Part shown: positions 9,373 to 19,807 of the stretch, in pieces | Position numbering within the stretch: the stretch's first letter is position 1 | How the letters are laid out: every line of letters begins with the position of its first letter | Origin: Sedimentisphaeraceae bacterium JB056 | Lineage (GTDB): Bacteria; Planctomycetota; Phycisphaerae; Sedimentisphaerales; Sedimentisphaeraceae | NCBI GenBank assembly: GCA_044440125.1 | Contig: JBITAJ010000019.1 | Span: 1-55,277, forward strand | DNA length: 55,277 bases | Direction of reading: 5' to 3' | Notes under the pieces: model-generated | Databases searched by the model: none | Told to the model about the DNA's origin: nothing | What the model saw: the letters and a program-made list of their open reading frames with translations, nothing else | Position numbers and translations under genes: made by a program

Positions 9373-12357
9373 ATGCGTAAAATATTTCTATCTTGCACTT
9401 TATGTGTTGCTCTTGTCGGTATGGCGGTTTATTGTCTGGCTGATATTTCCGGACAGGATATGTATATCAATGGCAAAAGTGTTATTGTTTCAGGTGCTCA
9501 GGACAAGAGAATTTTTGTCTTTGATGACGATGTGTCATTAAGCTTGGGTGATAATGAGCTATCCTCTTCAAAGGCAGTTTTATGGGTAGATCAGCCGACC
9601 GGCAAGACGCTTGGCGATGTAAGTCGTGACTATCGAGTCAAAGCCTATCTTGAAGGCGATGTGAATATTATTGCCGGTCCTAAAAGCCGTATGACTAATA
9701 TTAATCGGCAGCTTGTGAAAAGAGGCAACTCTCTTTTTGTTACTTTTGTTGTCAGTGGTCAGGTTTTTGTGACAAGTGACGATTTGAAAGAGGCTGATGT
9801 CAGTGATATTGATATCTATCGTAAGGCCGCTTCAATCTATTCCGGTGATAAACTTGTTGTCAATATCTCCCCAAAGGCTCAGATACCGGGAATCGTACCT
9901 CAACCGGCCAGAAGCAGAAGAGTGGAAACGGCCGCTGGACAGGCTGAGGATGACGGCTCTCTGCTCTCTAAAATAGTTCCTACTGATATTGAAAGAGAAA
10001 AAGACCAGAAGGATGAGCAAGCACAAGATGATGAGCCTTCTTATAAATATCCGGTCAATATTGCGGCTCTTTGGAAACCGGCACCTGTTGTAGAGCGTTC
10101 TGTAACTTCTGATGGACAGAGTATTGTTACTGTTCAGGGACGCTTTTATATCTGGCAGAGAATCAATGATTCGGGTGATATAATCGAATTTCAGGCCAAT
10201 GATGCGGTTGTGTTCTATTCAGATGACGACCTTAAGGTTGGTCAGGAAGAGACCGGACGAGCGGATCTTCTTGTTGGCGGTGATATCGATTCCATATATA
10301 TAGAAGGCGATATCATTATGACCGAAGGAGCCAGAACGATCAAGGCCGACAGGCTTTATTATGACTTTAATAAGCGTCAGGCTTTGGTAGAAAATGCTGA
10401 GATGAGGAGCTTTAGTGAAGAGAGAAATATCCCTATTTACCTTCGGGCAGAGAGGCTTATAGGATTCAATCAGGAAGTGTTTGTTGGTGAAAATATAGTG
10501 TTGACCAGCGATGAGTTCTATCTTCCTCAGATATCAGCGGAGGCTTCATCAATTGTTATCGCTGATACCATAAGCCTTAACACGAGAAAAGAGCAGAGAT
10601 ATCAGGCAAATATGGAAGATGTCAGTATTAAGTATTACGATACGCCTATCTTGAAACTTGATACACTTAAGAGTGGAGTTATCAGGCCTGAGCTTCCTAT
10701 CAAGAAGGTTCGAATAGGAAATGATACCGGTTTTGGTACTCTTCTTGAGACCAAATGGTACCTCTCCAGAATATTGGGTTATGAGCAGCCGGCAGATACC
10801 GAGAGTTCTCTTAATCTTGATTATTATTCCAAGAGAGGTTTTGGTGCAGGAGCGGAATTCGAATACGAGACGGAAGATTATTTTGGAAGTATCGATTCGT
10901 ATATAATAAACGACCATGGTGAGGACAGGCTTGGCGATGCAGAGTGGCGAAAGAATCTCGAACCGGAAGCTGACCTCCGCGGACGTTTGCGTGTTGCTCA
11001 CCGTGAGTATCTTGCTCAGGATTGGCAGCTTACATATGAACTGTCCTATCTTTCCGATAGAGATTTTCTTGAGAGCTATTACAGAGATGAATTTTTCACC
11101 GGTAAGGATCAGGAAACACTGGTTCATCTGAAACGTTCTACTGATAACTGGGCAGTTTCATGGCTTGCAAAAGTAAGGATTAATGATTTTGAAGATTACC
11201 TTGAAGAGCTTCCAAGCTTTGAATATCATCGAACAGGCCAGAGCTTCTGGGATGATAAACTGACTTTTTACAGTGATACACAGATATCACGTATGAGGCA
11301 GAGGTATGATAACGACAGCACGACTTCACTTTCCGAAGATTTCTTTACTTATGCTTATACAAGAAACGAAGTTGATATGCCGTTTGCCTGGGGCAAAACC
11401 AAATATGTGCCTTATGTTGCTGCATCGTATATTTTCGATGATGGTGATGGCTACAATGTGAATCTTGACGGCAGCAGCAATGGCTCTGATAAGGATCTTA
11501 TACTTGGAGAGGCCGGCTTGAGGGTTTCAACCTTATTCTGGAGCACAGACCAGTTCCGTCGCTCTCAGCTATGGGGGATTAACGGTATCAGGCATTATGT
11601 AAGACCTCATCTTGAGCTTGCATTCTATGAGCCTTCAGATTCCACCGTTGATATGCGAAACATGATTAATCTTGGGCTTTCACAAAAATGGCAGACTCGC
11701 CGCGGAAGTCTCGATGATCTTGTAACTATTGACTGGATGAAATTAGATGTTGATGCTACTTTTGTCAGTGACAGCTCAAATAATCCTCAAGATACAGAGC
11801 CTTCTTCATTTATATTCAATGATCCTTCAATACCGTTCTTTAATCGCCGGTATCAGGAAGATTACGGTATACAGCGAAACACTCTTGAAAGTGAGTATTT
11901 CTGGCAGATATCGGATACTTTTGCTACTATGAGTTATCTGAATGCTGATTTGCAGAGCGGCGTTGTTCAGCAGTTTAATGTAGGTGTTACAAAATATTTC
12001 TGGCCGTCTGTAAGCTATTATCTTGGAAGTAGATATCTGAGAAGATTTGAGGTTACGGGTCCAAGCGGTTATCATGAAGAAGGCTCGAATGCTCTCGATT
12101 TTGCTTTCACATATCAGTTGAATCCACGATATACAGTTACATTTGCTCAGGAGTATAATCTGGATTACAGTAAAAGTGTTGATAGTGAGCTTACGCTTAT
12201 ACGCAAGTACAACAGGCTTTTTTATGGTCTGACATATAAATCTGATGAGTCGCTTGGCAGCAGCTCTGTTGTTTTCAGTGTATGGCCGGAGGGAGTTAAA
12301 GAGCTTGCTATTGGTTCAAGGAGCTATATTGGTCTTACAGGCACAACAGACTATTGA
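9373..12357 (+). CDS. lptD: LPS-assembly outer membrane protein LptD (N-terminally extended)
   Basis: Signal peptide; IKADRLYYDF jellyroll; LDYYSKRGFGAG and YLSDRDFLESYY barrel motifs; 994 aa. Confidence 0.8.
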   Translation: MRKIFLSCTLCVALVGMAVYCLADISGQDMYINGKSVIVSGAQDKRIFVFDDDVSLSLGDNELSSSKAVLWVDQPTGKTLGDVSRDYRVKAYLEGDVNIIAGPKSRMTNINRQLVKRGNSLFVTFVVSGQVFVTSDDLKEADVSDIDIYRKAASIYSGDKLVVNISPKAQIPGIVPQPARSRRVETAAGQAEDDGSLLSKIVPTDIEREKDQKDEQAQDDEPSYKYPVNIAALWKPAPVVERSVTSDGQSIVTVQGRFYIWQRINDSGDIIEFQANDAVVFYSDDDLKVGQEETGRADLLVGGDIDSIYIEGDIIMTEGARTIKADRLYYDFNKRQALVENAEMRSFSEERNIPIYLRAERLIGFNQEVFVGENIVLTSDEFYLPQISAEASSIVIADTISLNTRKEQRYQANMEDVSIKYYDTPILKLDTLKSGVIRPELPIKKVRIGNDTGFGTLLETKWYLSRILGYEQPADTESSLNLDYYSKRGFGAGAEFEYETEDYFGSIDSYIINDHGEDRLGDAEWRKNLEPEADLRGRLRVAHREYLAQDWQLTYELSYLSDRDFLESYYRDEFFTGKDQETLVHLKRSTDNWAVSWLAKVRINDFEDYLEELPSFEYHRTGQSFWDDKLTFYSDTQISRMRQRYDNDSTTSLSEDFFTYAYTRNEVDMPFAWGKTKYVPYVAASYIFDDGDGYNVNLDGSSNGSDKDLILGEAGLRVSTLFWSTDQFRRSQLWGINGIRHYVRPHLELAFYEPSDSTVDMRNMINLGLSQKWQTRRGSLDDLVTIDWMKLDVDATFVSDSSNNPQDTEPSSFIFNDPSIPFFNRRYQEDYGIQRNTLESEYFWQISDTFATMSYLNADLQSGVVQQFNVGVTKYFWPSVSYYLGSRYLRRFEVTGPSGYHEEGSNALDFAFTYQLNPRYTVTFAQEYNLDYSKSVDSELTLIRKYNRLFYGLTYKSDESLGSSSVVFSVWPEGVKELAIGSRSYIGLTGTTDY

Positions 12358-12515
12358 TAAATTGGATAGTATAAATTTGCTACGCTAATATACTTGAAAA
12401 AACTTGTTTTTGTGGTATAAAATTAAGATATAGAAGTTCATATCGTTGCTGCTGATGGATAACAGACTGTGATGTGTGATGTATGGAAAATATTTTCTGG
12501 GCTAAGGATTCTAAA

Positions 12516-12899
12516 ATGGAAAATGATTCAAGAGATATTTTAGAGAGTATTCCAATTAAGTGGGACGATCTCGTCAATATATGCGGCGATGAAGAGATGG
12601 TTGATGCTATAATCGATGTTTTTCAGGATGAGGGAGTTTATGCTCTTGAAATGATCGAAAAAGCGGCCTCAGATCGCGATGCTGCTGATCTGAAGCTCTA
12701 TTGTCATCGTATGAAAGGTACTGCAAGGTATCTCGGAGATGAAGATTTTGTCAATACCTGTCTTGAAGCCGAACTTGCCGCGCAGGATGGCAAGGTTGAC
12801 GAGGCTGTTGAACTTAGCAAAAGGATTCGTCCTGTGACGGAAAAATATCTTGAGTTCTTCTCAAGACCTGATTGGGCAGAATTGCTGAAGGAAAAATAA
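12516..12899 (+). CDS. Stand-alone Hpt (histidine phosphotransfer) protein
   Basis: CHRMKGTARYLG matches the HxxKGxxxxxG Hpt motif; AAGGA RBS before ATG 12516 (ORF track starts at 12483). Confidence 0.88.
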   Translation: MENDSRDILESIPIKWDDLVNICGDEEMVDAIIDVFQDEGVYALEMIEKAASDRDAADLKLYCHRMKGTARYLGDEDFVNTCLEAELAAQDGKVDEAVELSKRIRPVTEKYLEFFSRPDWAELLKEK

Positions 12900-12937
12900 A
12901 GTTTAAGATCTTTTTTGAAAGTAGTTAAGGGGAGATA

Positions 12938-13687
12938 ATGAGTATGTTTAAAACGTCAAATCCTGTCCTGAAAAGTGATTATTTCAATGGCAGTAGCTAT
13001 GCCGTCTCTGGAACCAGAACGATGACCATACAGGGTACTGTTACAAAGACTATGGTTCTTTTGGCTATAGCTTTTGCGACAGGTGCTTATACATGGAACA
13101 TGATTACTTCCGGAAATGGTGCTCAAGCAATGAGTTATGCCATGGTTGGCTGTCTTGGAGGCTTTGCAATTGCGGTTTTCACTTGTTTTGCCCGTCAGTA
13201 TTCAATGGTTACAGCTCCATTGTATGCTGCTCTTGAAGGTTTGGCTCTTGGTGCTATTTCATCGTTGTTTAATCAAAAATATAGCGGTATTGCCATGCAG
13301 GCTGTTGTTTTGACTATGTCTGTGGCCGCTGTAATGCTTATCGCATATAAAACCGGCATGATAAGGCCTACCCGAAAGTTTGTTGCAGGTGTTGTTTCTG
13401 CGACGGGTGCTATATGCTTGTTTTATATAATATCTATGATAGGAAGGGTTTTCGGGTTTGAAATGCCGTTAATTCATTCTTCAGGTACATTTGGTATAAT
13501 ATTCAGCCTTGTAGTTGTGGTAGTAGCAGCATTAAATCTAATACTTGATTTTGCATTTATTGAGATGGGCGAAAAGAATGGTGCTCCAAAATATATGGAG
13601 TGGTACGGTGCCTTTAGTCTGATGGTTACTCTGGTGTGGTTGTACTTAGAGATACTGAGACTGCTTGCTAAGCTCAACAGGAATTAA
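12938..13687 (+). CDS. Bax inhibitor-1/YccA-family membrane protein
   Basis: SNPVL, MTIQGTVTKT, LNLILDFAFIE.G...GAPKYMEWYGAF.L.VTLVWLYLEILRLL. Confidence 0.93.
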   Translation: MSMFKTSNPVLKSDYFNGSSYAVSGTRTMTIQGTVTKTMVLLAIAFATGAYTWNMITSGNGAQAMSYAMVGCLGGFAIAVFTCFARQYSMVTAPLYAALEGLALGAISSLFNQKYSGIAMQAVVLTMSVAAVMLIAYKTGMIRPTRKFVAGVVSATGAICLFYIISMIGRVFGFEMPLIHSSGTFGIIFSLVVVVVAALNLILDFAFIEMGEKNGAPKYMEWYGAFSLMVTLVWLYLEILRLLAKLNRN

Positions 13688-13821
13688 TGTTTACTTTGGA
13701 TAATGCTATGCAGCAAAGCCGTAATTTGTAAATCCTAATTCGTGATCTTTTTCAAGCAGTATAATTGTGTTGCCCGCTCCTTTGCAGTCGCGGTACTGCT
13801 GGAGATGGGTTTGGCATGTCT

Positions 13822-14637
13822 CTATTTTTTGTTTTGTATACTGTTTTGACGAAATCTTAACGGTGATACTCCAACGGTTTGGGTGAATTTGCGGTTGAAA
13901 TATTGGTTGTCGTCAATTCCAATCTCGTTTGCTATTGCCTTAACCTGCATTTGAGTAGAACTTAAAAGATATTTGGCTCTTGCCATTTTTCGGGTAAGTA
14001 TATATTGCTTGATTGTCATATTCATGCGTTTTTTGAACATCGAGGCAAGATAATTCTGGCTTAGCCCTATCTCTGCAGCAAGTTGCGGGATTGTTAAGTT
14101 TTCTGTTAGTCTTGAGTCAATCAATGAGAGAAAGTCAGCTATTTTATCTGTATTTACATGTGTTTGTGAAGCTTTGCTGTTGAGCATTAAAAGCGATTGA
14201 AGCAGCATTGCAGAAGATAGAGAAGCGTTGATTTTTTTCTGGCAACTGCTGGCAGGACAATTAAGCGTTTCAATAGCTTTTTTAATGTTATCAGAAGCAG
14301 AAGGCTCAATATATTCTGATGGTATATGAAGCTCCAATGGAAACATGTCGTTTTTTGATTTATTAGCTTTGAAATGTATGCAGTGATGCATTCCACTTTT
14401 TGCAAATTTATAGGTTGAGGTTGTACCGATCGGTGTTATTGTTATATCGCCGGGACAGAAGCATATCTGCTCTGAATCTATTCGCATAATGCCGCTATAT
14501 TCATAAATATGCAGTACGTTAATGTCGCAGTTGTACTTTACATTGAAATCATCGGCCTTATGAAAAAATCTGCCGCAAAGTGTGATCTCAGGCGGCTCGT
14601 TCATTGGCCAATAAAACTTTTCACCATAGTTTAGCAT
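13822..14637 (-). CDS. AraC-family transcriptional regulator
   Basis: C-terminal double HTH (LAAEIGLSQNYL...IANEIGIDDNQYFNRKF...GVSPLRFR); cupin-like N-terminus; divergent from the sulfatase. Confidence 0.93.
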   Translation of the reverse strand: MLNYGEKFYWPMNEPPEITLCGRFFHKADDFNVKYNCDINVLHIYEYSGIMRIDSEQICFCPGDITITPIGTTSTYKFAKSGMHHCIHFKANKSKNDMFPLELHIPSEYIEPSASDNIKKAIETLNCPASSCQKKINASLSSAMLLQSLLMLNSKASQTHVNTDKIADFLSLIDSRLTENLTIPQLAAEIGLSQNYLASMFKKRMNMTIKQYILTRKMARAKYLLSSTQMQVKAIANEIGIDDNQYFNRKFTQTVGVSPLRFRQNSIQNKK

Positions 14638-14818
14638 GGGTATTATTATAGGTTAAGTGTTGAAAAAATCCAATCAAATATACAGGTTAAAGATTCTGAA
14701 AGGTGATTATATTACATCATTAAGTTAAATAAGTGCATTCATTGGTTTTGAGTTGTCAATACAATAGAGTGATATGATTTTAAGCGTTGGTTACTAAATT
14801 TGAGGCAAGGGATTTAAA

Positions 14819-16501
14819 ATGAAAGATAGTTTGACAATAAGTCGTCGTAAGTTCATGGGTAATTTTGTTTTAGCAGCCGGTGCCGCTGGTTTGGGGCTTA
14901 GCGGATTTTCATGTTCGGTTGATAAGAGATTTTCTGGTTCTGAAACAAATAAAAGACCTAATATTTTGCTGGTTATGTCTGATGATATGGGGTGTTCGGA
15001 TATAGGGTGTTATGGAGGAGAAATAAATACTCCTAATATCAACAGGCTTGCTGAAGAAGGCGTGCGTTTCAAGAAATTCTACAATACGGGCAGGTGTTGT
15101 CCAAGCAGGGCGTCACTTTTGACCGGACAATATTCTCATAGAGTGGGTATGGGTTGGATGACTGGCGCCGATCTTGGTACAGAAAGTTATGCTGGACAGT
15201 TGAATAAAAAGGGCATCACTATTGCTGAGGGCCTTAAGCTTAACAACTACGAAACTTATATGTGCGGCAAGTGGCATCTCAGCCTGGATAAGAATATTTC
15301 TCCTGATGGCGATAAGTCTTCCTGGCCTTGTCAGAGAGGATTCGACCATTATTATGGGCATCTTGGCGGCGGATACGGATATTATACACGTGATGATTTA
15401 TTGAGAGACAACAAGTTCGTTCCGACCGGAGATGATTTTTATTTGACAAATAATGTTACTGCTGAAGCAGTGAATTATCTTGAATCTCACTTAGCAGAGA
15501 AGACCGGTAAACCATTCTTTATGTACCTCGCTTATTACGCACCTCACAGGCCGCTTCATGTTCCAGCTCAATACAGTGAGAAATATGAGGGCAAGTATCT
15601 TAAGGGCTGGGATCGAATAAGGCAGGAACGAATCAAACGCCAGAAAGAAATGGGGCTTATTGATGATGACGTCAAACTTTCTGAGAGAGGCCCGGTTGAC
15701 TCTGATGAGATGATACCTGCCTGGGAATCAGTGCCGCAGGAGCAGCGGAAGTTATGGGATAAGAGAATGGCAACTTACGCAGGCCAGATCGAATGCATGG
15801 ATGAAGGCCTTGGCAAGGTGATAGACACGTTGAGGGATGCAGGCGAGCTTGATAATACGCTTGTTATTTTTGTTTCTGACAATGGTGCTTGTGCGGAGAT
15901 ACGGGGTGATGGTAATATTGATACAATAGGCGGCCCTGAAACTGTTGAGAGCTACAGACCGAATTGGGCTAATGTGAGCAATACACCGTACAGACTTTAC
16001 AAACATTATGTTCATGAAGGCGGCGTGATGACTCCTTTGATAGTGAGATGGCCTTCAGTTGTTAAAGGACAAGGCGGATTCTGTGAGCAAATAGGGCATT
16101 TTATTGATATATTGCCAACTTGCCTGGATGCAGCCGGTGTTGAATATCCTGAAAGTTTTGATGGTAACAAGATAAACATGCCTAATGGTGTTAGCCTTTT
16201 ACCCGCTTTGCAAGGCAGGAAGTTGCCTCAAAGAAATTTATATTGGGAGCATGAGGCTAATCGCGGGATAAGATCGGGAGATTGGAAGCTTGTTTCCGTA
16301 TCAGTACGACAAGAGCCTTATTTGAGGCCTTGGGAACTTTATAACCTTAAGGATGACCCGACCGAAATGAATGATCTTGCAGCGGTATTGCCTGAGAAAA
16401 AGAAGAAACTTGAAGCGATGTGGGAGAAATGGGCGATTGAAAACGAGGTTTATCCACTGGATGGTTCCGGGTGGTCAGAGCGAATGGCTAAAGGGAAATG
16501 A
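14819..16501 (+). CDS. Cys-type arylsulfatase (family S1), Tat-exported, possible lipoprotein
   Basis: SRRKFM twin-Arg signal, PNILLVMSDDMG, CCPSRASLLTG formylglycine motif, GKWHL, SDNG. Confidence 0.95.
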   Translation: MKDSLTISRRKFMGNFVLAAGAAGLGLSGFSCSVDKRFSGSETNKRPNILLVMSDDMGCSDIGCYGGEINTPNINRLAEEGVRFKKFYNTGRCCPSRASLLTGQYSHRVGMGWMTGADLGTESYAGQLNKKGITIAEGLKLNNYETYMCGKWHLSLDKNISPDGDKSSWPCQRGFDHYYGHLGGGYGYYTRDDLLRDNKFVPTGDDFYLTNNVTAEAVNYLESHLAEKTGKPFFMYLAYYAPHRPLHVPAQYSEKYEGKYLKGWDRIRQERIKRQKEMGLIDDDVKLSERGPVDSDEMIPAWESVPQEQRKLWDKRMATYAGQIECMDEGLGKVIDTLRDAGELDNTLVIFVSDNGACAEIRGDGNIDTIGGPETVESYRPNWANVSNTPYRLYKHYVHEGGVMTPLIVRWPSVVKGQGGFCEQIGHFIDILPTCLDAAGVEYPESFDGNKINMPNGVSLLPALQGRKLPQRNLYWEHEANRGIRSGDWKLVSVSVRQEPYLRPWELYNLKDDPTEMNDLAAVLPEKKKKLEAMWEKWAIENEVYPLDGSGWSERMAKGK

Positions 16502-16595
16502 CGATTAGCGGTAATTTGTTGAGATTTTCATCTATACTACTATAATGGGATGCGTTGTTGTTAATCACAGATGCTAAAATATTATACGCAGAAAA

Positions 16596-17009
16596 ATGCC
16601 TCGCAAAAAGATAGAAGTAAAAATGAAGAGTTATGGTCTCTATACTCAATGGGATAGAGACAGTAAAGAGTTGCCGAAGATACTGGAGTTTACGACTAAG
16701 ATCCCTGCAAAAGTTGGAATTGAATTCGGCTACATTATTAATATAAGAGGTGCAAGGGGAAAGGTGCTTGATTTTTGTATAGATCATCCGCCGTTCAAGA
16801 ACAGTCAGGGAGATCTCGCACCTGCTTTTACCGGTATAGAGCACGTTGATTCTAATAATTTCAACTTTTTTCTTGGTGATACCATATGGCTTCCAGTTGA
16901 AGATAAGGTAGGCAAATGGGAGCTTACTTGTCATATTGAGGGCAAGCAGTTGGCTCAGAAAAGTTTTGATATCCTGCTTGAGTCAGAGATTGCTCCCGAT
17001 GGTGTTTAG
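16596..17009 (+). CDS. DUF3859-like conserved hypothetical protein
   Basis: SYGLY..WD..SK.LP, EFGYIINI, HPP, FFLGDTIW.P..DK.G.W pattern. Confidence 0.7.
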   Translation: MPRKKIEVKMKSYGLYTQWDRDSKELPKILEFTTKIPAKVGIEFGYIINIRGARGKVLDFCIDHPPFKNSQGDLAPAFTGIEHVDSNNFNFFLGDTIWLPVEDKVGKWELTCHIEGKQLAQKSFDILLESEIAPDGV

Positions 17010-17214
17010 AGGCTGAATAAAATGAAATATTTTTTCTGAAATTTGGGGTTGTGTTCAGGTTTCTATAAGATATAATTCAATATGTACGATGGTTTTAATG
17101 TAATTATGTGTTTGAATCATCAAAAGGTTGCAGAGGTTTGGTCTCTGCTTTATACTGATCGTTGTTGGTCAGTGTGATAATGGTATAACAGCTTTAGTGG
17201 TAAGGAGATATGTT

Positions 17215-18156
17215 ATGTTGAAAAGAACATCGATTTTAACTGTTGCATTTGCTTGTTTTATTCTGGCAATTACTGGCTGCCAGCAGGCGGATTTTGCACC
17301 TGTTTATAATGTTGGTGATGTTGACAGCTATAAAGTGACTCGTGAGACAGTTAAAGAAGTTAGTTTTGAGCAACCTTCTCTTAATAAAAGCAAACTTGAC
17401 ACTACAAAAAGTGTAGTAGAGATGACGTTTGATCAGAAAGTTGATAATGTGAATGAGGATGGCTCGGTCGTTCTTGACATTACAATAAAAGGCATCAAGC
17501 TTTATTCAAAAGGTCAGAAGGGCGTGAATAATGATTTTGACAGCACTCGTGACGCGGATAAAAAAGATGCTTTGAACAAACTTATCGGCAAAAGCTATAA
17601 AATTAAGATGGATGTCGATGGTAAGGCAACAGTCGCGGACGTTTCTGGTATCAAATCTTCAGCAACTTCACGCGAGGCTAAAGCATTGATAAGCAGCGAT
17701 GCTATTGAAATGAGACACAGTATTATCCCTATGCCTGAAGAAGGCCCGGCAGTGATTGCTAAAAATAAAAGCTGGATGACATTAGGTGCTACACCTAAGG
17801 GTGCTCTTCAGCCAAAAGCCTTTGAGAAGGAATATAAAGTTGAATCAATCAAAGATACAGCCGAAGGCAGTGTAGCTGATGTGAAAATGACAGCTATTGA
17901 GACCAATAAGACGGTTGAAGGTTTTGATGCAAGCAGTGGCGGTCTTGGAGTAATGGCTAATATATTTGATTCCACATCAAATTATACAGGTGATATGAAA
18001 TACAATATCACTACCGGTAAGCTTGTGAGCTACAGCGAAAACCTCACTACGGAGCATGTAGCGGCAGAAGAGCCAAAAGGCGGCGACCCAAGCAAAGGTC
18101 CTGATGTTCTTACAATGAGATTCATAAGCAAGTATTCTATCGAATCCGTTAAATAA
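17215..18156 (+). CDS. Lipoprotein, DUF6263-like beta-sheet hypothetical
   Basis: AAGGAG RBS before ATG 17215; lipobox ITG|C; FDSTRD...LIGKSYKIKMD..G pattern (ORF track start at 17128 is likely too early). Confidence 0.65.
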   Translation: MLKRTSILTVAFACFILAITGCQQADFAPVYNVGDVDSYKVTRETVKEVSFEQPSLNKSKLDTTKSVVEMTFDQKVDNVNEDGSVVLDITIKGIKLYSKGQKGVNNDFDSTRDADKKDALNKLIGKSYKIKMDVDGKATVADVSGIKSSATSREAKALISSDAIEMRHSIIPMPEEGPAVIAKNKSWMTLGATPKGALQPKAFEKEYKVESIKDTAEGSVADVKMTAIETNKTVEGFDASSGGLGVMANIFDSTSNYTGDMKYNITTGKLVSYSENLTTEHVAAEEPKGGDPSKGPDVLTMRFISKYSIESVK

Positions 18157-18167
18157 TTGAAATCAAC

Positions 18168-18207
18168 AGGCCCGCCGCTCTGAATAGAAGCGGTGGGCTT
18201 TTTTTTT
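18168..18207 (+). terminator. Rho-independent terminator
   Basis: AGGCCCGCCGCT-loop-AGCGGTGGGCTT followed by a T tract. Confidence 0.85.
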
Positions 18208-18228
18208 GGAAAAATATAGTGAAAGGGT

Positions 18229-19248
18229 TTGAAATTGAGTAAATTATCAATATTTCTGTTAACGGCAGTAATCATATTCGCGGCCGGATGTTCCAGTCCT
18301 TCAGGGAGTATGCTTTTGAGTGTTGATTTTCCTCAGGAAAAGACGCTTACATATAAGTTTGTAACTAATAGAGATGTTGTACTCAATCTTGAGGGAGATG
18401 ATGCCGAAAAGAAGAAGTCCACATCAAAAGAGCAGAAGACAACTGAAGGCCTTGAGATGGTTATTTCTTATACATCTAAAGGTACTGATGTATACGGCAA
18501 TACTACTATAGAGGCAACGTGTCAAAATGTTGATGTAAAACGCAAGACTTTTACAAATCGTTCTGATGCAAACTCTGATCCGCTGAATTCCCTAAAGGGT
18601 AAGAGTTGGAGTTTTGTTGTTAATTCAGCCGGTGTCATTCAGGATTACAGCGGCCTTGAGACTCTGGTTAAAGAGCTTGGCGAAAAGGCTATAAGCGAAA
18701 GCGGCAAAAGACGAATAAAAAGTCCTGATATGATATGGGATTTTGTTGCTACCCAGTGGTTTATGTGGGACGCTTTGGCAAGTAATGACAAGCTTTATTC
18801 AGGCATTGATCCGGGACAAAGCTGGAAATCTATATTGCCGGTTCCTTTTGCTGTGAGATTGCCGATGGAGAGGCACGTTCAATATTCTATCGATCCTGAA
18901 CTTGCCCCTGACAGCACGGAAATTGTCATTGACAGCAGTTATACGCTTAGAGGTTATAAGGAAAAGGATGGAAAGCTTGTCTTTGATTCTGCTCTTCCGC
19001 AGATGCCGAATCCTTATGAAGGATCTTATCAAACAAAAGGCATGTTCGGTTTTCTGCGTAATTACAAGGCAGATAGTCTTGACGGTACAGGGATTGCCAA
19101 GTATGACATTAAGGATGGAATTCTCCTGAGCGATCATCAGGAATACAAAATTGATATGACGGCAGGTTTTATGTTCCCGCTGGGAGACACGACGCCGGTT
19201 CTCAAAGTTAATCAGACAATAGATGTGGAACTAATTGATGAAGAGTAA
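18229..19248 (+). CDS. Lipoprotein, probable distant paralogue of the upstream DUF6263-like protein
   Basis: Lipobox AAG|C; similar length and layout (TYK.....V; EM; DPLNSLKGKS vs DALNKLIGKS; G.SW; G...YDI..G.L). Confidence 0.65.
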   Translation: MKLSKLSIFLLTAVIIFAAGCSSPSGSMLLSVDFPQEKTLTYKFVTNRDVVLNLEGDDAEKKKSTSKEQKTTEGLEMVISYTSKGTDVYGNTTIEATCQNVDVKRKTFTNRSDANSDPLNSLKGKSWSFVVNSAGVIQDYSGLETLVKELGEKAISESGKRRIKSPDMIWDFVATQWFMWDALASNDKLYSGIDPGQSWKSILPVPFAVRLPMERHVQYSIDPELAPDSTEIVIDSSYTLRGYKEKDGKLVFDSALPQMPNPYEGSYQTKGMFGFLRNYKADSLDGTGIAKYDIKDGILLSDHQEYKIDMTAGFMFPLGDTTPVLKVNQTIDVELIDEE

Positions 19249-19750
19249 TGATATTGAGAGAGAAAATCTCTGGGCTCCCTGGAGAATGGAGTATATACAG
19301 GAGCTTAGCGGAGATGACCAGCAGTGTTTTTTATGTAAATATTATGATGAGCCGGATAATGATGCGAAAAACTTTGTCATCTTCCGCTCAAAGCATTGTT
19401 TTGTGACATTTAACAGGTTTCCTTACAACAATGGGCATTTACTGGTGGCACCTAATGAACATTTGGGTGATATGGATTCTTTTAGCGATGAGTGTTTACT
19501 TGATTTGATGAAAACTGTCCGTAAGTGCAAGCAGATGCTTTCTGAGGCAATAAAGCCTCATGGTTTTAATATAGGGATTAATGTAGGTCGATGTGCTGGT
19601 GCCGGATTGCCGGGGCATCTCCATATACATATCGTGCCAAGGTGGAATGGGGATACGAATTTTATGGCCGTATGCGGTCAGACCGATGTAGTCAGCCAGA
19701 GCATGGAAGATCTCTATGCCAAACTTAAAGATATTTTGGACTCTAAGTAG
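19235..19750 (+). CDS. HIT-family hydrolase (Ap4A phosphorylase/Fhit-like)
   Basis: LWAPWRMEYI, CFLC, NRFPYNNGHLLV, AGAGLPGHLHIHIVPRW.GD.NFM. Confidence 0.95.
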   Translation: MMKSNDIERENLWAPWRMEYIQELSGDDQQCFLCKYYDEPDNDAKNFVIFRSKHCFVTFNRFPYNNGHLLVAPNEHLGDMDSFSDECLLDLMKTVRKCKQMLSEAIKPHGFNIGINVGRCAGAGLPGHLHIHIVPRWNGDTNFMAVCGQTDVVSQSMEDLYAKLKDILDSK

Positions 19751-19807
19751 ATAGAGAGGTTTTTTAAGATATAGGTTTTACTTATCATAAAATTATAGGA
19801 GTAGAGT

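Noticed and set aside
13770..13815. Novel ncRNA between the BI-1 and AraC genes
   Set aside because: A single imperfect hairpin between convergent genes is adequately explained as a terminator or 3' stabiliser.
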